A stretch of DNA of 64,000 nucleotides. Source: Octopus sinensis. Lineage: Eukaryota. The translations under genes were made by a program, and so were the position numbers. How positions within the stretch are numbered: position 1 is the stretch's first letter; each line of letters opens with the position of its first letter. Positions 27,085 to 40,500 of this stretch are shown piece after piece. The notes under the pieces were generated by a model. It made no database searches and was not told the origin of the DNA. It worked only from the letters and a program-made list of their open reading frames with translations. The stretch lies in assembly GCF_006345805.1 (NCBI RefSeq), contig NW_021833281.1, positions 13,099 to 77,098 on the forward strand, in the 5' to 3' direction.

Positions 27085-28139
27085 CGGACTTCCACACAGT
27101 TTTCTCCTACCAAATTCACTCACATGGCATTAGTCAGTCCAGAGCTATAGCAGCGAGTTCCTTAACTAGATAGCAATGCCTAGTATTACATACAACTTGA
27201 TTTAATCGGTTTTGTCATTTAAGTAAAAAGGAATAAAAATATTTATTCCTTATTCTTTAATTTGTGTTAGTCATTTGATTGCGTCCAAACACACGCGCGC
27301 GCATGCACACACACACACAAACACAACACACAAACACAACACACACACGTACGACGGGCTTCTTCCAGTTTTAAACGGTCGCTTGACCGTATATATTTGC
27401 ACTCAGAATTCCTTCGGATCACTCCTCAACCTTTTAACTTGCAAAAGGCTACATTATTTAATGTCCTCACATAATGCTTGAAGAAGGGAATAAAAGTAAA
27501 AGATGGGGTTGACAGTGTTGGAACGCTTTTGATCATGTGACTTTCCGATCAGAACTGACGGGAGACTAGCAAACAACCATTTCTTACATATACAATTTAC
27601 TAAGGATCAAAAAGAAATCAAATGTCTTATTCGATAGGCATAGATATGGCTGTGTGGTTAAGAAGTTCGTTTTGTAACTTCGTAGTTTCGGGTTAAGTTC
27701 CACTGCGAAGCACCTCGAGCAACTGTTTTCTGCTTAGCTCCAGGTGGATCAAAACCTTGTGAATGGATTTACTAGACGGAAACTGTGGAAGCACGGCATA
27801 AGTATATATATATATATATTTATATATATGTTGTTATATTCCTTATCGAGCCATGCCCCGCTCATGAGAGCCGGTTTCCCGGTTTTATTAGCGTAAAAGT
27901 TTCCCACCTGGACGGAAGGCCGGTCCGTCGCAGGTGAGCTGCTAGATACAAGAGGAAAGAGTGAGAGAAACTTGTAGCGAAAGAGTCAGCAGCACCATTA
28001 CCTTCTGCCGGAACCGTGTGGAACTTAGGTTTTTCGCTCATATGCACACACATCGCCAGGTCTGAGAATTCACAATCCTTCGACCGCGAGTCTGCTGCTC
28101 TCTCTCTCTCTCTCTATATATATATATTTATATATATAT

Positions 28140-28190
<51 letters not shown>

Positions 28191-28220
28191 TTTTATATAT
28201 ATATATATATAATATATATA

Positions 28221-28266
<46 letters not shown>

Positions 28267-28439
28267 TATATATACGAATGTATTTATACATATATACACC
28301 CACATATGTGTCTTTGTGTTTGTTCCTATCGTAGCTTGTCAACGTGTGTTAGTGTGTTTATGTCCCGTAACTTCGGCAGAAGAAACTGACAGAATAAGTG
28401 AACTGAAAAAATACGTTACTGAAACTCATAAAATGCTCC

Positions 28440-29065
28440 AAAGTGCTTTATGGATGAAGTTTTTCACTGGCGCAAGAAGTTAAGGACTGCAGAGAAGAGG
28501 GGAGAGATAGTGAGAGGTGTGGGAAGGAGGGAGTGAGAAAACATCAGAGCTGGTTGAGAAAATTTCCAAGTTTCTCGATGAAGGCCGACGTGTTTCTATA
28601 CACCGAATAAACATACAGTTTGTTGTTGCTGGAGCAATTGTACATAGAATTATTCATGAAGATCTTAACATGTGTAAAATTGTGCAAAATTTATTCCCAA
28701 GCTGTGGTTACCAGGACGACGACATCCTGGTAACCAACTACTTGACAGAGATGGGCAACAAAACTATCTCTCACACTCCTACAGTCCAGATATTGCTTCC
28801 CTGTGACTTTTAGTTGTTCTTCACACGGAAGGAGAACCCCCAGGGACAGTCGTTTTGAAGACATTGACATGATAGATGCTGTGATAACGGTCCTGGACAC
28901 CTTCACATTGAAGGACTTGCATGGAATCTTTACAACGTGGTCGGGACGTTACAATAAGTGTATCGAAGTCAGAAGATGCTACTTCGAAGTAGATTAGAGT
29001 TTTGTACTCCTTTAAAACTATCAAATATCTCTCCTGAAATAATCTGAAATCTCCTGGGATGCACC
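28440..29065 (+). mobile_element. Internally deleted mariner transposase relic
   Basis: DEGRRVSI...IVHRIIHEDLNMCKI, and C-terminal RFEDID...WSGRYNKCIEV..YFE. Confidence 0.75.
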
Positions 29066-29394
29066 TTTTATTTGCCCTTATTTATCCTGTAAAAAGATCG
29101 AGTCACAATACCAAAAGTTTGAGTCACTCGTTATTCAGGATTTCATAACGGTGAGGAGTAAACGCTCATTATTCATGGCAGAATTGTTAGAGCGTTGCAA
29201 AATATATCAAGGTTATTTGTTCCACATCATTGCGTTGAGTTCAGGTTTTTATTTACCTTTTACCCTTTCGGGGCTAATAAAATAAAATACAAGTCAAGTC
29301 CTGGGATCGATGGAATCGACTATTAGCCTCTTTCAATGTACTAGCCATGCGCCTGAATTGGAAGCCATTATTTCCTGAATCGGAGTCAAATTTT

Positions 29395-29570
29395 AATGAT
29401 GACACCAATGAATATTATGCGGAGAATGCTGTTGATGTTCTCTTTAACATACCGATTAAATGAAGTGCCAAGTTAGGCATTTGACAACACCATAAAATGT
29501 TTTGACGATAATGATGCAGTTCATTGAATTTATTTCCTCGATGGCTCTAGAGGTTTTGGTAAAACATACT
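29395..29570 (+). mobile_element. Helitron PIF1-type helicase relic
   Basis: Translation through stops: AFDNTIKCFDDNDAVH*IYFLDGSRGFGKTY, matching the F-x-D-G-x-G-G-x-G-K-T Walker A context of Helitron helicases. Confidence 0.55.
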
Positions 29571-29585
29571 GTCCTCTTGTACTCA

Positions 29586-29624
29586 TTATTGTAACAATTG
29601 TTTCAGGAAATTCTCAGACAATAA
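29586..29624 (-). ncRNA. Hammerhead remnant with deleted core/stem II junction
   Basis: ttattgt-CTGAGA-atttcct-GAAAC-AATT-GTT-acaataa. Stem I is 7 bp and the palindrome is AACAATTGTT. Confidence 0.55.
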
Positions 29625-30472
29625 AAAACGTTACATTGAATATAACAGATGATGCTCCCAGTAAAATAGGTATTTGAAAACCATAAGAAACAACAAGTAC
29701 TTCAATGACAAGCTTCTTCTTGGTGGAAACGTCCCTCACACAAAATGCATAGAATGCATAAGAGGCTTCAATACAGACCTAACAGAAATATAAGAGTATA
29801 TATAAACAGTAATTGAATCGGTGACGCTGGGCAAACTGTATATTATCTCAGAGAATTTGTGAACAAACTTACTCTTCAGGATTACTTCCTCATGAGCCAA
29901 CACTAAATGAATTGTTCATTTATAATGTTCATCAAATTCTAGAAAAAGTCTACTGAACGATACTAGACAGATTTTTAGCTTTCGATGTTTAGAAATCCAT
30001 TGCATCAATGTAAATATTAGAGCAAGCAGCAGAAACGAACACAATGAGATAATTCGCTTTTATCTGCATTATTTGATATGACTGTTACTAACCCTTAAGT
30101 TCAAAGATTTGTTCATCATCCTTAAAACAAACCTTATTCAAGGATCTTTTGAGTTGGATTGGCTACTCGACCTGACAAAACTTCTAGCTGGGCCTCATCT
30201 GCAAAGTCATGCGCGGTTTATCTTGGTATGGGATCAGCTTCCAGTAACCTGCCTATGAAGTCTATCTAAGTTGACTTTGCACATGACAAATTTGCAGTCG
30301 GTGTAGCTAACGATTTTAAGAAGTGGACAAATTATACTATCCTTATCTACCGGCCTACAGAATACTCTAGATACTACCTCATGCAGTTCGCCCATGTCCA
30401 CACAGGCACATTCGAGAAATAAAGTCAGTACCGGTCAGACAGTTGAAAACGTCTAACCGGTAATGACTTGTT

Positions 30473-30563
30473 AACTAAATAAGCCAGTTTACCAACTAAT
30501 AAAACAAAACATATTGCAGAAAACTTGCGAGCCACGACCTAGCGTCCACTCCTTCTAATCACC

Positions 30564-30598
<35 letters not shown>

Positions 30599-30647
30599 TA
30601 ATAATAATAATAATAATGATAATAATAATAATATAATAATAATAATG

Positions 30648-30730
<83 letters not shown>

Positions 30731-30762
30731 TAATAATGATGATGATGATGATGATGATGATG

Positions 30763-30806
<44 letters not shown>

Positions 30807-30894
30807 TAAATAAGCCAGTTTACCAACTAATAAAACAAAACATATTACAGAAAACTTGCGAGCCACGACCTAGCGTCCACTCCTTCTAATCACC

Positions 30895-30960
<66 letters not shown>
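30473..30960 (+). repeat. ~92-bp direct repeat, each copy followed by an (AAT/GAT)n tract
   Basis: aactaaataagccagttt...ctaatcacc at ~30473 and ~30804, with one substitution seen. Confidence 0.9.
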
Positions 30961-30962
<2 letters not shown>

Positions 30963-31428
30963 TAATTCTCATTGATATGACTGTCCCAATCGATATAAAC
31001 GTATCTGTCAAGACCTACCAAAAACTGAGCAAATATAAAGATCTTGAAATAGAAATCAGCAAAATGTGGAACCTGAAGACTAAAACAATACCTGTTGTCA
31101 TAGGTGATCTGGTAATGATAGCAAAAGAGGTTGATTGCTACCTAACTCAGATACCAGGAAGCCCCAAAATGGCAGAAATTCAAAAGATAGTGCTCATGGG
31201 AACTGCTCATATCCTACGCAAAATACTTTCTATGTAATCTCAAGGTTTAAAGCAAACATAATTTTCGTATGTTTTTTTTAGACATTCACAAGTACAACAC
31301 TAAATACAAAACCAAATATATGGCACACAAGGCATAACAACAACATGAACTTCCAACCTGTTGTCTCCTGAGGTCTCTGGGTGAAACTTGGAGCCAACTT
31401 GTACAAATGTAAAGCAAAATTCAAACAT
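30959..31428 (+). mobile_element. R4/Dong-type 3' end
   Basis: ORF 30959-31237 (LIDMTVP.D.NV..K...KLSKYKDLEIEI..MW.LKT..IPVVIG) is the restriction-like endonuclease; (AAT)n on both sides. Confidence 0.9.
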
Positions 31429-31429
31429 A

Positions 31430-31494
<65 letters not shown>

Positions 31495-32140
31495 CTGAAT
31501 GTGTGGTGAGAGCGGTAAAACGGTATGGCACATCGTTAGCGAATGCCCGAAATTGCCACAACGCGAATACAAAAGACATGACAATGTGGCAAGAATGATC
31601 CATTGGCAGCTCTGTGGATATCACAAAGAGCAAAGATGTGGTATGAGCAACCTCAGAAGGAGTCACAGAAAATGAAGATTGTAAAATCCTGTGGGATGCA
31701 ATAATTTAGTTCGATCACATGACCAGGCATCGGAATCCGGACATTGTTATAGTGCATAAAAAAAGAAAGAACATGCATGATAATCGACGTGGCATGTCCC
31801 GGTGATAACAATATCAAAGAGAAAGAAGAAGAAAAACTGAACAACTATGATGATTTGAAGTGGGAATACGGAGCTTGTGGTCAGTGAGGACAGTAGACGC
31901 GATACCAATCGTAATTGGTGCACTTGAAAGTATTAGTATTTAACTACCTACATAGCTCAAAAAGATGGGTGCAAATGTAAAGGTAGAGCACCTACAAAAA
32001 TCAGCATTGCTTGGAACTACGAGGATTCTTCGCAGGGTTCTTGAAGCACGACCAGTAAACAAGTGTCACCTTGGACTGCTGGCAGTGGACAGCTGACACT
32101 TTCCATCATACCCAGCAAAATTAGCTGAAAGTTTTCATTA
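31495..32140 (+). mobile_element. R4/Dong-type 3' end of a second family, decayed
   Basis: CGESGKTVWHIVSECP...RHDNVARMIHWQLC...RNPDIVIV...IIDVACPGD; follows (AAT)n at ~31430-31494. Confidence 0.85.
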
Positions 32141-33349
32141 AGTAATAGTAATAATACTCTGTTTTGTTTTAACTTCTAGCGTCGCACTTATTTTTACTGT
32201 CATTGCTGCTTTCATTGCCTTTATTTTTGTTGCTAGTTTGCTGTTGCTGTATTCACATTCAATAGTCTCGTCTCGTTCAGATTTACCAACAATAGCAAAT
32301 AAAGCGAAAACAAGTCTTTAGAGAAATTGAACAATAAATCTTGTACAAAGAATGGAGACTCAGCAAGCTGATTAAAAGAAAAAAGTGCGTGTATACGTCT
32401 GTTTTGTGGGTATATAGCAATGTCTGTCTGTATATATATTGACAAAGAGAAAGAGAGAAGGAAAGAGAGATAGAGAGAGAAAGAGAAATAGATAGGCGTA
32501 GAAAGAGTGGGGGAGTTGGATGTCAATAGATGGATACATAGACATTGACATATGATTATAAATTTATGTATATGAATTCCTGTAAAATTTGCGAAAGCTC
32601 ACATATGTATACATGCATGTACATATATTTGTTTATATTTTATATACATAAACACACTTATGCACACACATACATGGTGTATCTGTACGTATGGATCATT
32701 ACGCATGCGTGTATTTCTGGATGTGTACTATAAATGAATTTTTCTGTTGGTAAAATAATTACTTCGAAGTGGAGTCAAGGGGAAAATTTTGTTGATTCAT
32801 CTGACAAATAATCAGCATCATTCATTACGTAATTGACCGAGCAGACGTTAAGTAACCCGCCGAAATCTGAAAGCGCTTCTCGCCCATCCCTATATCACCT
32901 GCAAGATCATTTTCTTATGATCTGATTAATAGCAGAAGCTATTTTCATTTCAGGCTCTTTCCATCCCGCTTAACTTCCAACAGAAAAAAAACCCCCCAAA
33001 ACATTGTCATCACCTTTTATTAACAAAAATAACAAATCTCATATGGTAATCACTTGTAAAGATAATTTGATGGCTGTGAAATATGTGTGCTCGTGTTTTA
33101 ATTTTCTATGCTTGTCTATGTAGGTTGTGTTGGTAGAAAACCTGTGACTGCTGAATCTTAGGATGATTGCTGATCACTCTGTAATGATAGCGGTAGTGTT
33201 TTCCCTGGAGTTTCTTTCTTTTTTTAATAAATAAAGCACGTGTAATATTTAAATATTACGATATTTTTTCAAATCCTCTTTTGTATAAATGAATTATTTG
33301 AAACAAACAAATACTGAAAATTAATCCAATAACTTTGCATCTATCACTT

Positions 33350-33620
33350 CCTACGGTAAGCCACATGATTATGCGGAGGTCGTTATATGTCTAGGAAGTT
33401 TTATCAGCGAAGTCCACAATGCGATAAAGGTCATCCTATCAAAACTTACCAAAGCTCGTGGGTGTGGACATTAAGGGAATAGTCGTTGAACTATTATTGG
33501 CTTCCATAACAGCAACGTTAAATCTTTTTTACAGTGTGATCCAGAATGCTCAGGAGCGTAAAGGAGATATGAAAACGATAAAAGCTTTTCACAATGGATG
33601 GCTGGGGAAAATCTGCCACA
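33350..33620 (-). mobile_element. Possible pogo/Tigger DDE relic
   Basis: LLSILDH...ANNSSTTIPLM..SFGKF loosely resembles LLILD...PANTTS.IQP.D.GI..FK. Confidence 0.3.
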
Positions 33621-33715
33621 TGGTCTGGCAAACAAAATATCATAGGAAGAGTTGTACCACTGATCTTGTTATTGTATTGTCCTTGAAATAAAATACTAGC
33701 AGCTCACTTTACCAA

Positions 33716-33749
<34 letters not shown>

Positions 33750-33768
33750 TAATAATATAATAATAATA

Positions 33769-33800
<32 letters not shown>

Positions 33801-33809
33801 CTGATACAG

Positions 33810-34351
33810 TACCAAGCAGCGGCTCTCATGGCTTCTGATCTTAACTGACTGGAAATGTTATCATGTACATTGTTTTGTCTTGGTATAAAAGATGGGCTAC
33901 AGCAAATATTCTGCTCAACACAAAAGATTTGTTTGTCAGTTGTTTGACCTTAACCAGTTGAGCATGTCCCTCAGTGGCTGATGATATGTGTATCTCTGAT
34001 CACGAGCAGAAGTAGTGGGGGAGCATCATAGCCAAGTGTTGAGAGGGATTCTTTGGGCTTTGAATAATTCACCTCTGGAAACATGGGTGTTTCATTCAAC
34101 ATCCTTAAACAACCCTTAATCAGGGACCTTTTGAGTGGGATGGGTTACCCGACCAGAAGAAAATTCTAACTGGGCCCCACCCGCAAGGTCATGCGCTATT
34201 TATCTTGTTATGAGATTACCATGTCGTGCACATATGGTTGTGATGCATGTGTCTGGTGTACTCTTATCAGACGGGTAGTCATGATGGGTATACTGGGCTT
34301 CGTATATTTTAACCAAGTGTCACTTTGATGGCATGCACTGCTCTCTCACTC

Positions 34352-34352
<1 letters not shown>
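33810..34352. repeat. Interspersed ~540-bp repeat (partial copies near 30120-30250, inverted near 37120-37530)
   Basis: Shared text such as aaacaacccttattcagggaccttttgag and cattattgctga-free ttctaactgggcc...aaggtcatg segments recurs in all three places. Confidence 0.7.
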
Positions 34353-34395
<43 letters not shown>

Positions 34396-34454
34396 TAATA
34401 ATAATAATAATGATAATAATAATAATGATAATAATGATAATTATTATTATTACA

Positions 34455-34545
<91 letters not shown>

Positions 34546-34681
34546 ATAATTAACACGGCGAGCTGGCAGGAGTGTTAGCAAGCCGGGCAAAATGTTTGGA
34601 AATACTTCGTCTGTCTTTATGTTGAGTTCGAATTCCGCCGAAGTCGATTTTGCCTTTCATCCTTTCGGTCTCGATAAAATA

Positions 34682-35948
34682 CGAAGTGGTATCAAAAGGA
34701 CTAGTTCTCTAGCGCGCCAACAGATGGCAGCACACGTTTGTGTGCACAGTGAGAGCTAGCAGTGACTTTCATGAGGCAGTGTACCGAGTGGCATCGCTAT
34801 ATTTACTTTGCAAGTTGTGAAATTCGTGTTTTTGTGATTGTGTGCATGCTGTAGTTTGCGATTTTTGTCATGGATAGGAAGTTGGAACAAAGAGCCAACG
34901 TCAAAATTTTGCGTTAAATTTGGGAAGTCTGCTACTGAGACATTGAGCATATTTCGGCAAGCTTACGGTGACTAGGTAATGGATCGTACGCAATGTTTCA
35001 AGTGGCACCGGCACTTCAAAAGCGGAAGAACGTTCCTGAAAGATGATGAACGATCTGGAAAACCTTACCGTCGATTTCCGTAAAAAATTTTTTTTTTTTA
35101 CATATGGGCTTGCGGGAACTTTTGAAGTAATATACATACATATACATATACACCGAGTAAAAAAATTCAGTTATCTTTTTCTTTCACACATTACTCTGTC
35201 TCTTCACACATACTAACAGAAGCACTTCACTTACACAACATACTGTCTGTCTCCCACACCCCATCAAACACACACACACACACACATGTACATCAATGCT
35301 TCCCATGCACGGTAACTTCAAAAGAATTTCCCTCGTCATACAATCGCTTTCTTTTAGTCTCTTTCGCTCTCATTACTTCAAAAGTTCCCGCAAGCCCATA
35401 TGTAAAAAAAATAAATTTTTTTACGGAAATTGACGGAAAGGTCTACTAGAGACGAAAGATTGCCAAACCTGCCAAGAGTGATATCCCCGGAAAAATTCAT
35501 CAGTTTGTGCATGAGGATCGTCGGAGGACAATCAACAACGTTTTGAAGCGTTTGAGGAGGATATTCGGCGAAAGTGACCAGATCTGTGGAGTGTGAAGGT
35601 TTGAATTCTTCACGACGACAATGCACCCTGTTAGCGAGCTCTCCTCGTGCGCTTCTCAGCAAAAACAACATGGTATCGATTCTCCACCCGCCCTATTCGC
35701 CAGATTTAGTACCTGCGGAATTCTGTCTCCCAAGATGAAAAAGCAGCCCAAAGATCGAATCGTTGAAGGTCTCGACTCGCTCTACGGAAAACGACTTCCA
35801 GGCCTGATTCCAAAAGTGGCAGGAACGCTGGGACCGGTTTATTGCTGCACAAGATGACTATTTCGAAGGAGATGATGTTAAAACTTACGTAAATAAGTTA
35901 TTTTTTTATCAAACATAAATACTCCGGAAAATTTTTGGTACCATCTCG
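34682..35948 (+). mobile_element. Mariner element inserted at a TA inside a SINE
   Basis: TIRs cgaagtggtatcaaaa and ttttggtaccatctcg; TA duplicated at 34680-34681 and 35949-35950. The flanks rejoin as SINE text gataaaaTAagtaccag. Transposase relics include EQRANVK and HEDRRRTI. Confidence 0.9.
35062..35442. mobile_element. MITE/fold-back insertion with ~70-bp inverted termini nested in the mariner
   Basis: 35062-35131 is the near-perfect reverse complement of 35372-35442. Confidence 0.8.
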
Positions 35949-37539
35949 TAAGTACCAGTTGAGTATTGGGGTCGATATAATCGATTTATCCCCTCCCCCG
36001 AAATTGATGGCCTTGTGACAAAATTTGAAGTCATTATTATTATTACTGGATTGTTTTAAAAGTGTGGGTTTTAAATGTATTTTTCTTTTACAAAACTGAT
36101 TCCAATTGATATAATGATGGAAATTGCTATGGCATTATAAAATAATAAATTAACTTAGTACTTCATTGATAGACATTAATTTCTTTCAAAACTCAAAATA
36201 TATTGTTCATACAGGCTATAAACTATTACTGTATTGACAATAAACTATGGTTTGCAGTTTACAACATTATTTTTAATATCTACAATAAGATACTTGTTAA
36301 AATTTACAACAATGTTTACTGAATTATACAATATGATATAGGTTACATTATACAATATGATATAGGTTACATTATTCAATAACACTATGTTTCATAATAG
36401 AGCTTAGTTAGTAATTAAAGATTTTGTATACATTTCGTAATATCATACATGTGTTAAACTGAAATATTTACATTTCACATTATGACACGGTTTGCAGTGT
36501 GGAATATTACTTTACATAATATGATGCAGCCGTATTTTAGAGAGATATTCATATTTCATGATGTGATAGGAATCTCATTTTGTATTTATTCGATATTACA
36601 GAATGCAGGTTGAAAACACATCAACATTATTTCCCAACATGTTACATGTTAAATTTAACTGTAATATTTTCAAAATATTATATCATGCTACAGATTGAGT
36701 TTACGCGAAATATTTATAACAATATTCTCCTACTATGATACAAGTTTGAGGATGCAACGAATGAAGCTCAAACCATATCTAGAGAAGCATATTAAATGTA
36801 CATTTAACCTAAAATTTCTCAAGATACAACATGTTTTTGTATATATTTTATGAGGTGACAACACACACTTATGTTCTTTATTATAAATTAGTAACCTAAA
36901 GGCAGGGTGCTGGTAGGATTCTTAGCGCGCCGGATAAATGATTTAGCAGCGTTTCTTCCTGCATTATGTTTTGCTTTCAAATCCCACTGAGGTCGACTTC
37001 GCTTTTTACCCTTTGGGAGTCGATAAAATAAGTACCAGTTAAATACGGAGGTTGATTTAATCGACTATCACCTTACCCCAAAATTTCAGTCCTTCCGCCT
37101 ATAGCAGAGAGCATCGTTATTATCATTGAGAGAGCAGTGCATGCCATCAGAGGGACACTGGGGAAAAAATATGAAACCCAGTATATCCATCATGACTACC
37201 CGTTTGATAAGGGTACAGTAGACACATGCATCACAACCATATTTGCGCGACATGGTGATCTCATATGAAGATAAACAGCGTATGACCTTGCAGGTGAGAC
37301 CCAGTTAGAATTTTCTTCGGATCGAGTAGCACATCCCGCTCAAAAGGTCACTGAATAAGAGTTATTTAAAGATGTTGGACAAACCACCCATATTTCCAGA
37401 GGTGAATTATCCAAACACCAAAGAATTCCTCTCAACACATGGCTATCATGCTCCCCTACTACTTCTGCTCGTGGTCAGTGATGAACATATTGTCATCCAC
37501 CAAGGCACACCAAGGCAAAAAATGAAGTGGTGGAGAGGT

Positions 37540-40500
37540 GCATGGCACCAGTATGGAATAAAGTATCCTACGTCAGCTGTGGAACGCGAAGCGAAACCGT
37601 TGAAGCCCAGTTTCAAACGGCTGACGTAGCAAAGGAAGAGTCAACAAAGACACTAAAAACGACGAAATTATGCTGCTACCCATATACTTGGGCCGCAGAA
37701 CAGCGAAAGTCACAGTAGAAGATATACCAGCTGATTATGAAGTGATGTGGGTAGCAGCAGCAGTCATACATTACGTTGAAGAAGATGTATCCATCCTGCA
37801 AATGAAGGGGAGGGATGCCGTGAACTGGTGAGGCAAGACACTCGAGATGGTAATTCAAGCGGTGAACCAAAGTCTGGAAAATTTACCCGATAGAGTGTTT
37901 GTGGTGGAGGGGCTGACAATGAGAGTGACTGTGGAGGGATGTAGGCCCCAATGCTTCAAGTGTGGAGAGAAGGGCCATGTCCGCTCCAAGTGTACCAAAA
38001 AGAATAGTGAAAATGAGGCTCCCCCCCCAAAAAAAAGCTGTGAAGGAAACATCAGCAGACAGACCAGAAAGTGCAGTAGAAGCGAAAGAGGAGAGTACAA
38101 CGGAAGAAAAGAACCAAACTGCCGAGGAGATGGAGTTTACAACAATGACTCATAAGCGTAAGAAGGCACAAGTCCCTGATTCCCCTCCCCAAACAAACAC
38201 CCCCCAAAAAACAACACAAAACACACAGACACACAAAACCAAACTCCCTAGCCCAAGCCCACTGCAAGGCCATTTGCCAAACCCTTCCCAGACTACAAGT
38301 AAAAACTATAGAGTTCCAGGAAAAGAACGAGCTGTTAGCGAGAGTCATTAGAGAACACCATGACTCACGAGTGTTTAGAGTAACGGAAGAAACACTGATG
38401 GACGTTAGGTATGCAAAACTAAACGAGAAACTGTTTACAGATATGAAGGCGAGGTATCTGAAAGATATAAGAGATATAACCGCCGGAGGGTAAACATATT
38501 ATAAGTGGCGGAGGGTAAACATATTATAAGTCCGGATGCCACACCCAGGAAAAGCCCAATGGTGACACCTAATAAGAAAAGGACGGGGAGGTAGGCGAAT
38601 TTGTATAGACCTTCTCCAAACTGAAAATGTGAGTAATCTCTTTCCTTTTATTTTTCAAAAATGATTAAGTTAGGGTGCATAAATGTGCGAGGACTGGTGT
38701 CGAAATGGAAACAGGCTTTTTTCTGGACGACCTCAGGAAAGGTGATATAGATGTAGCAGTCGCAACTGAGTCCAAGATGAATGGATCACAAGCGTTCTCT
38801 CCTCTTCTGAATGACTATGAGAAAATTATTTCTCCTTGCCGACGATGGGTGGGGCGCATGGTGGTCCTATTCAGGCAGAACTTGGACTTGCAGGTAAGTA
38901 CCGTCTTTTTGGACCCATAAGGTAGGCTGGTCGTCCTGGATGTAACTGACGAAAGTAAACAGGCCTTCTGGTTGGTAGCTGTGTACGCCCTGAACGAGCG
39001 TGGGCAGTCGGTTTTTTTTCGAGATCTGGAACACTTTCTAGGGACGTCTAAAAAGGTAGCTCTACTAGGAAACTTTAACGCTGTACTCGATGCACGAGTG
39101 GATAGTGTAGGCTCTTCTAATAGGAAAGGAAATCCTGGCCTCAAGGGTCTACTAGAGAGCTATAATCTAGTAGACCGTTACAGAATGGATGAGTCGTTTG
39201 TTCCACAGTGGACGTGGAGTAATAATGACGGCTCTCGCAGATCGTACATAGATAGGGTATTCGTTAGAGATAGAGATAAGGATACTTTTAGTTGTCCACA
39301 ATTTGATAAAGTATCTTACACGGATCACAAATTTGTGACATGTGAGGTACACTTAGATAAATGTCATAGGAAAGGACCCGGGTACTGGAAGATGAACAAG
39401 TCTATTTTGACTTTGTAAAGCCTTCCGTGCCCGGATTAAAGAGTTAGTAAAGAGGGCACTATGTAGCGCCATCATTAATAATAGATGGTGGAACGACCTC
39501 TAGAGAGCCATTCGTTTAGAGTCTATCAGATTTAGCAATCAGCTAAGTTTAGACAGATCTAGAATAGAAGGTGACTTAGTTGGGAACTTAAACGAGGCCT
39601 TGGAATCTGACTCTGCATCTAGAGTGCTGGCGCCGAGAAGGTCTTGTACCGTCACCTCAACGCCAAGCACGAAGTCAGAGGGATTAAAAGAGCCTCTACA
39701 AAGCCTTTAACAGACGAACAGGATGAGATGTGAAAGGCCTTTTATCAGCATTTTGCACGGTTGTTCGGGCAGGGCGGCGTGCTAGATCGGGGGGGGGGGG
39801 ATTCCCTAAAAGGCTTCCTCACCGGCGGGCACCGTGACTCTCAGCACGGGAGGCGAGGTGCTGTGAAGGGCCGCGGGGGTCAAAGAGGAGTTGGCCGAGT
39901 GCGCCAGGGAAAAGTCGCCGGAGTTGGATGGTCTACCCTATGAATTTTATCGTTGCATGCCGTCTACACAACTGGCAACAGAATGGGAGAATTCCCAGCT
40001 CTATGAGTCGGAGAGTGGTGACGCACATCCAGAAGGACTTGAGCAAGGGGGATATTATAAGTAATTACGGGCCCATAACTCTACTCAATGTACAATTAAA
40101 GATTTTGACTAAGGTGTTAGCTAAAAGGTTGATGCGTGTCGTGGAGAAACTTGTATAGAACGCGCTGACATGCGCCATCCCAGGCAGGTCGATCCAGGAC
40201 AATCTTCACCTTATCCGCTACACCATAGACAGGTTGGGTAAATTAATCGGCAAAGGTGGGGCACTGGTCCATTTAGAGCAAGTAAAGCGTTTGATAGGGT
40301 AGACCATAAGTACCTGGCGGCAGTCCTCGAAGCGGCTGGGCTGCGTTCTGACTTCTGTGGTTGGATCTCCGCCATGTATACCGGCATCAAATCCACAGTC
40401 CAGATAAACGGCTACCTTTCGGAGTCGTTTTCGATCAAGCGTTCAGTTCGTCAAGGGTGTCCACTGTCTCCGCTTCTGTACTCTTGAGCCATTAGTGCGA

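Noticed and set aside
29607-29669. 63-nt exon-like segment (AG...GT, GNSQTIKNVTLNITDDAPSKI)
   Set aside because: It overlaps a minus-strand HHR remnant and follows a Helitron relic. It has no other support without RNA-seq.
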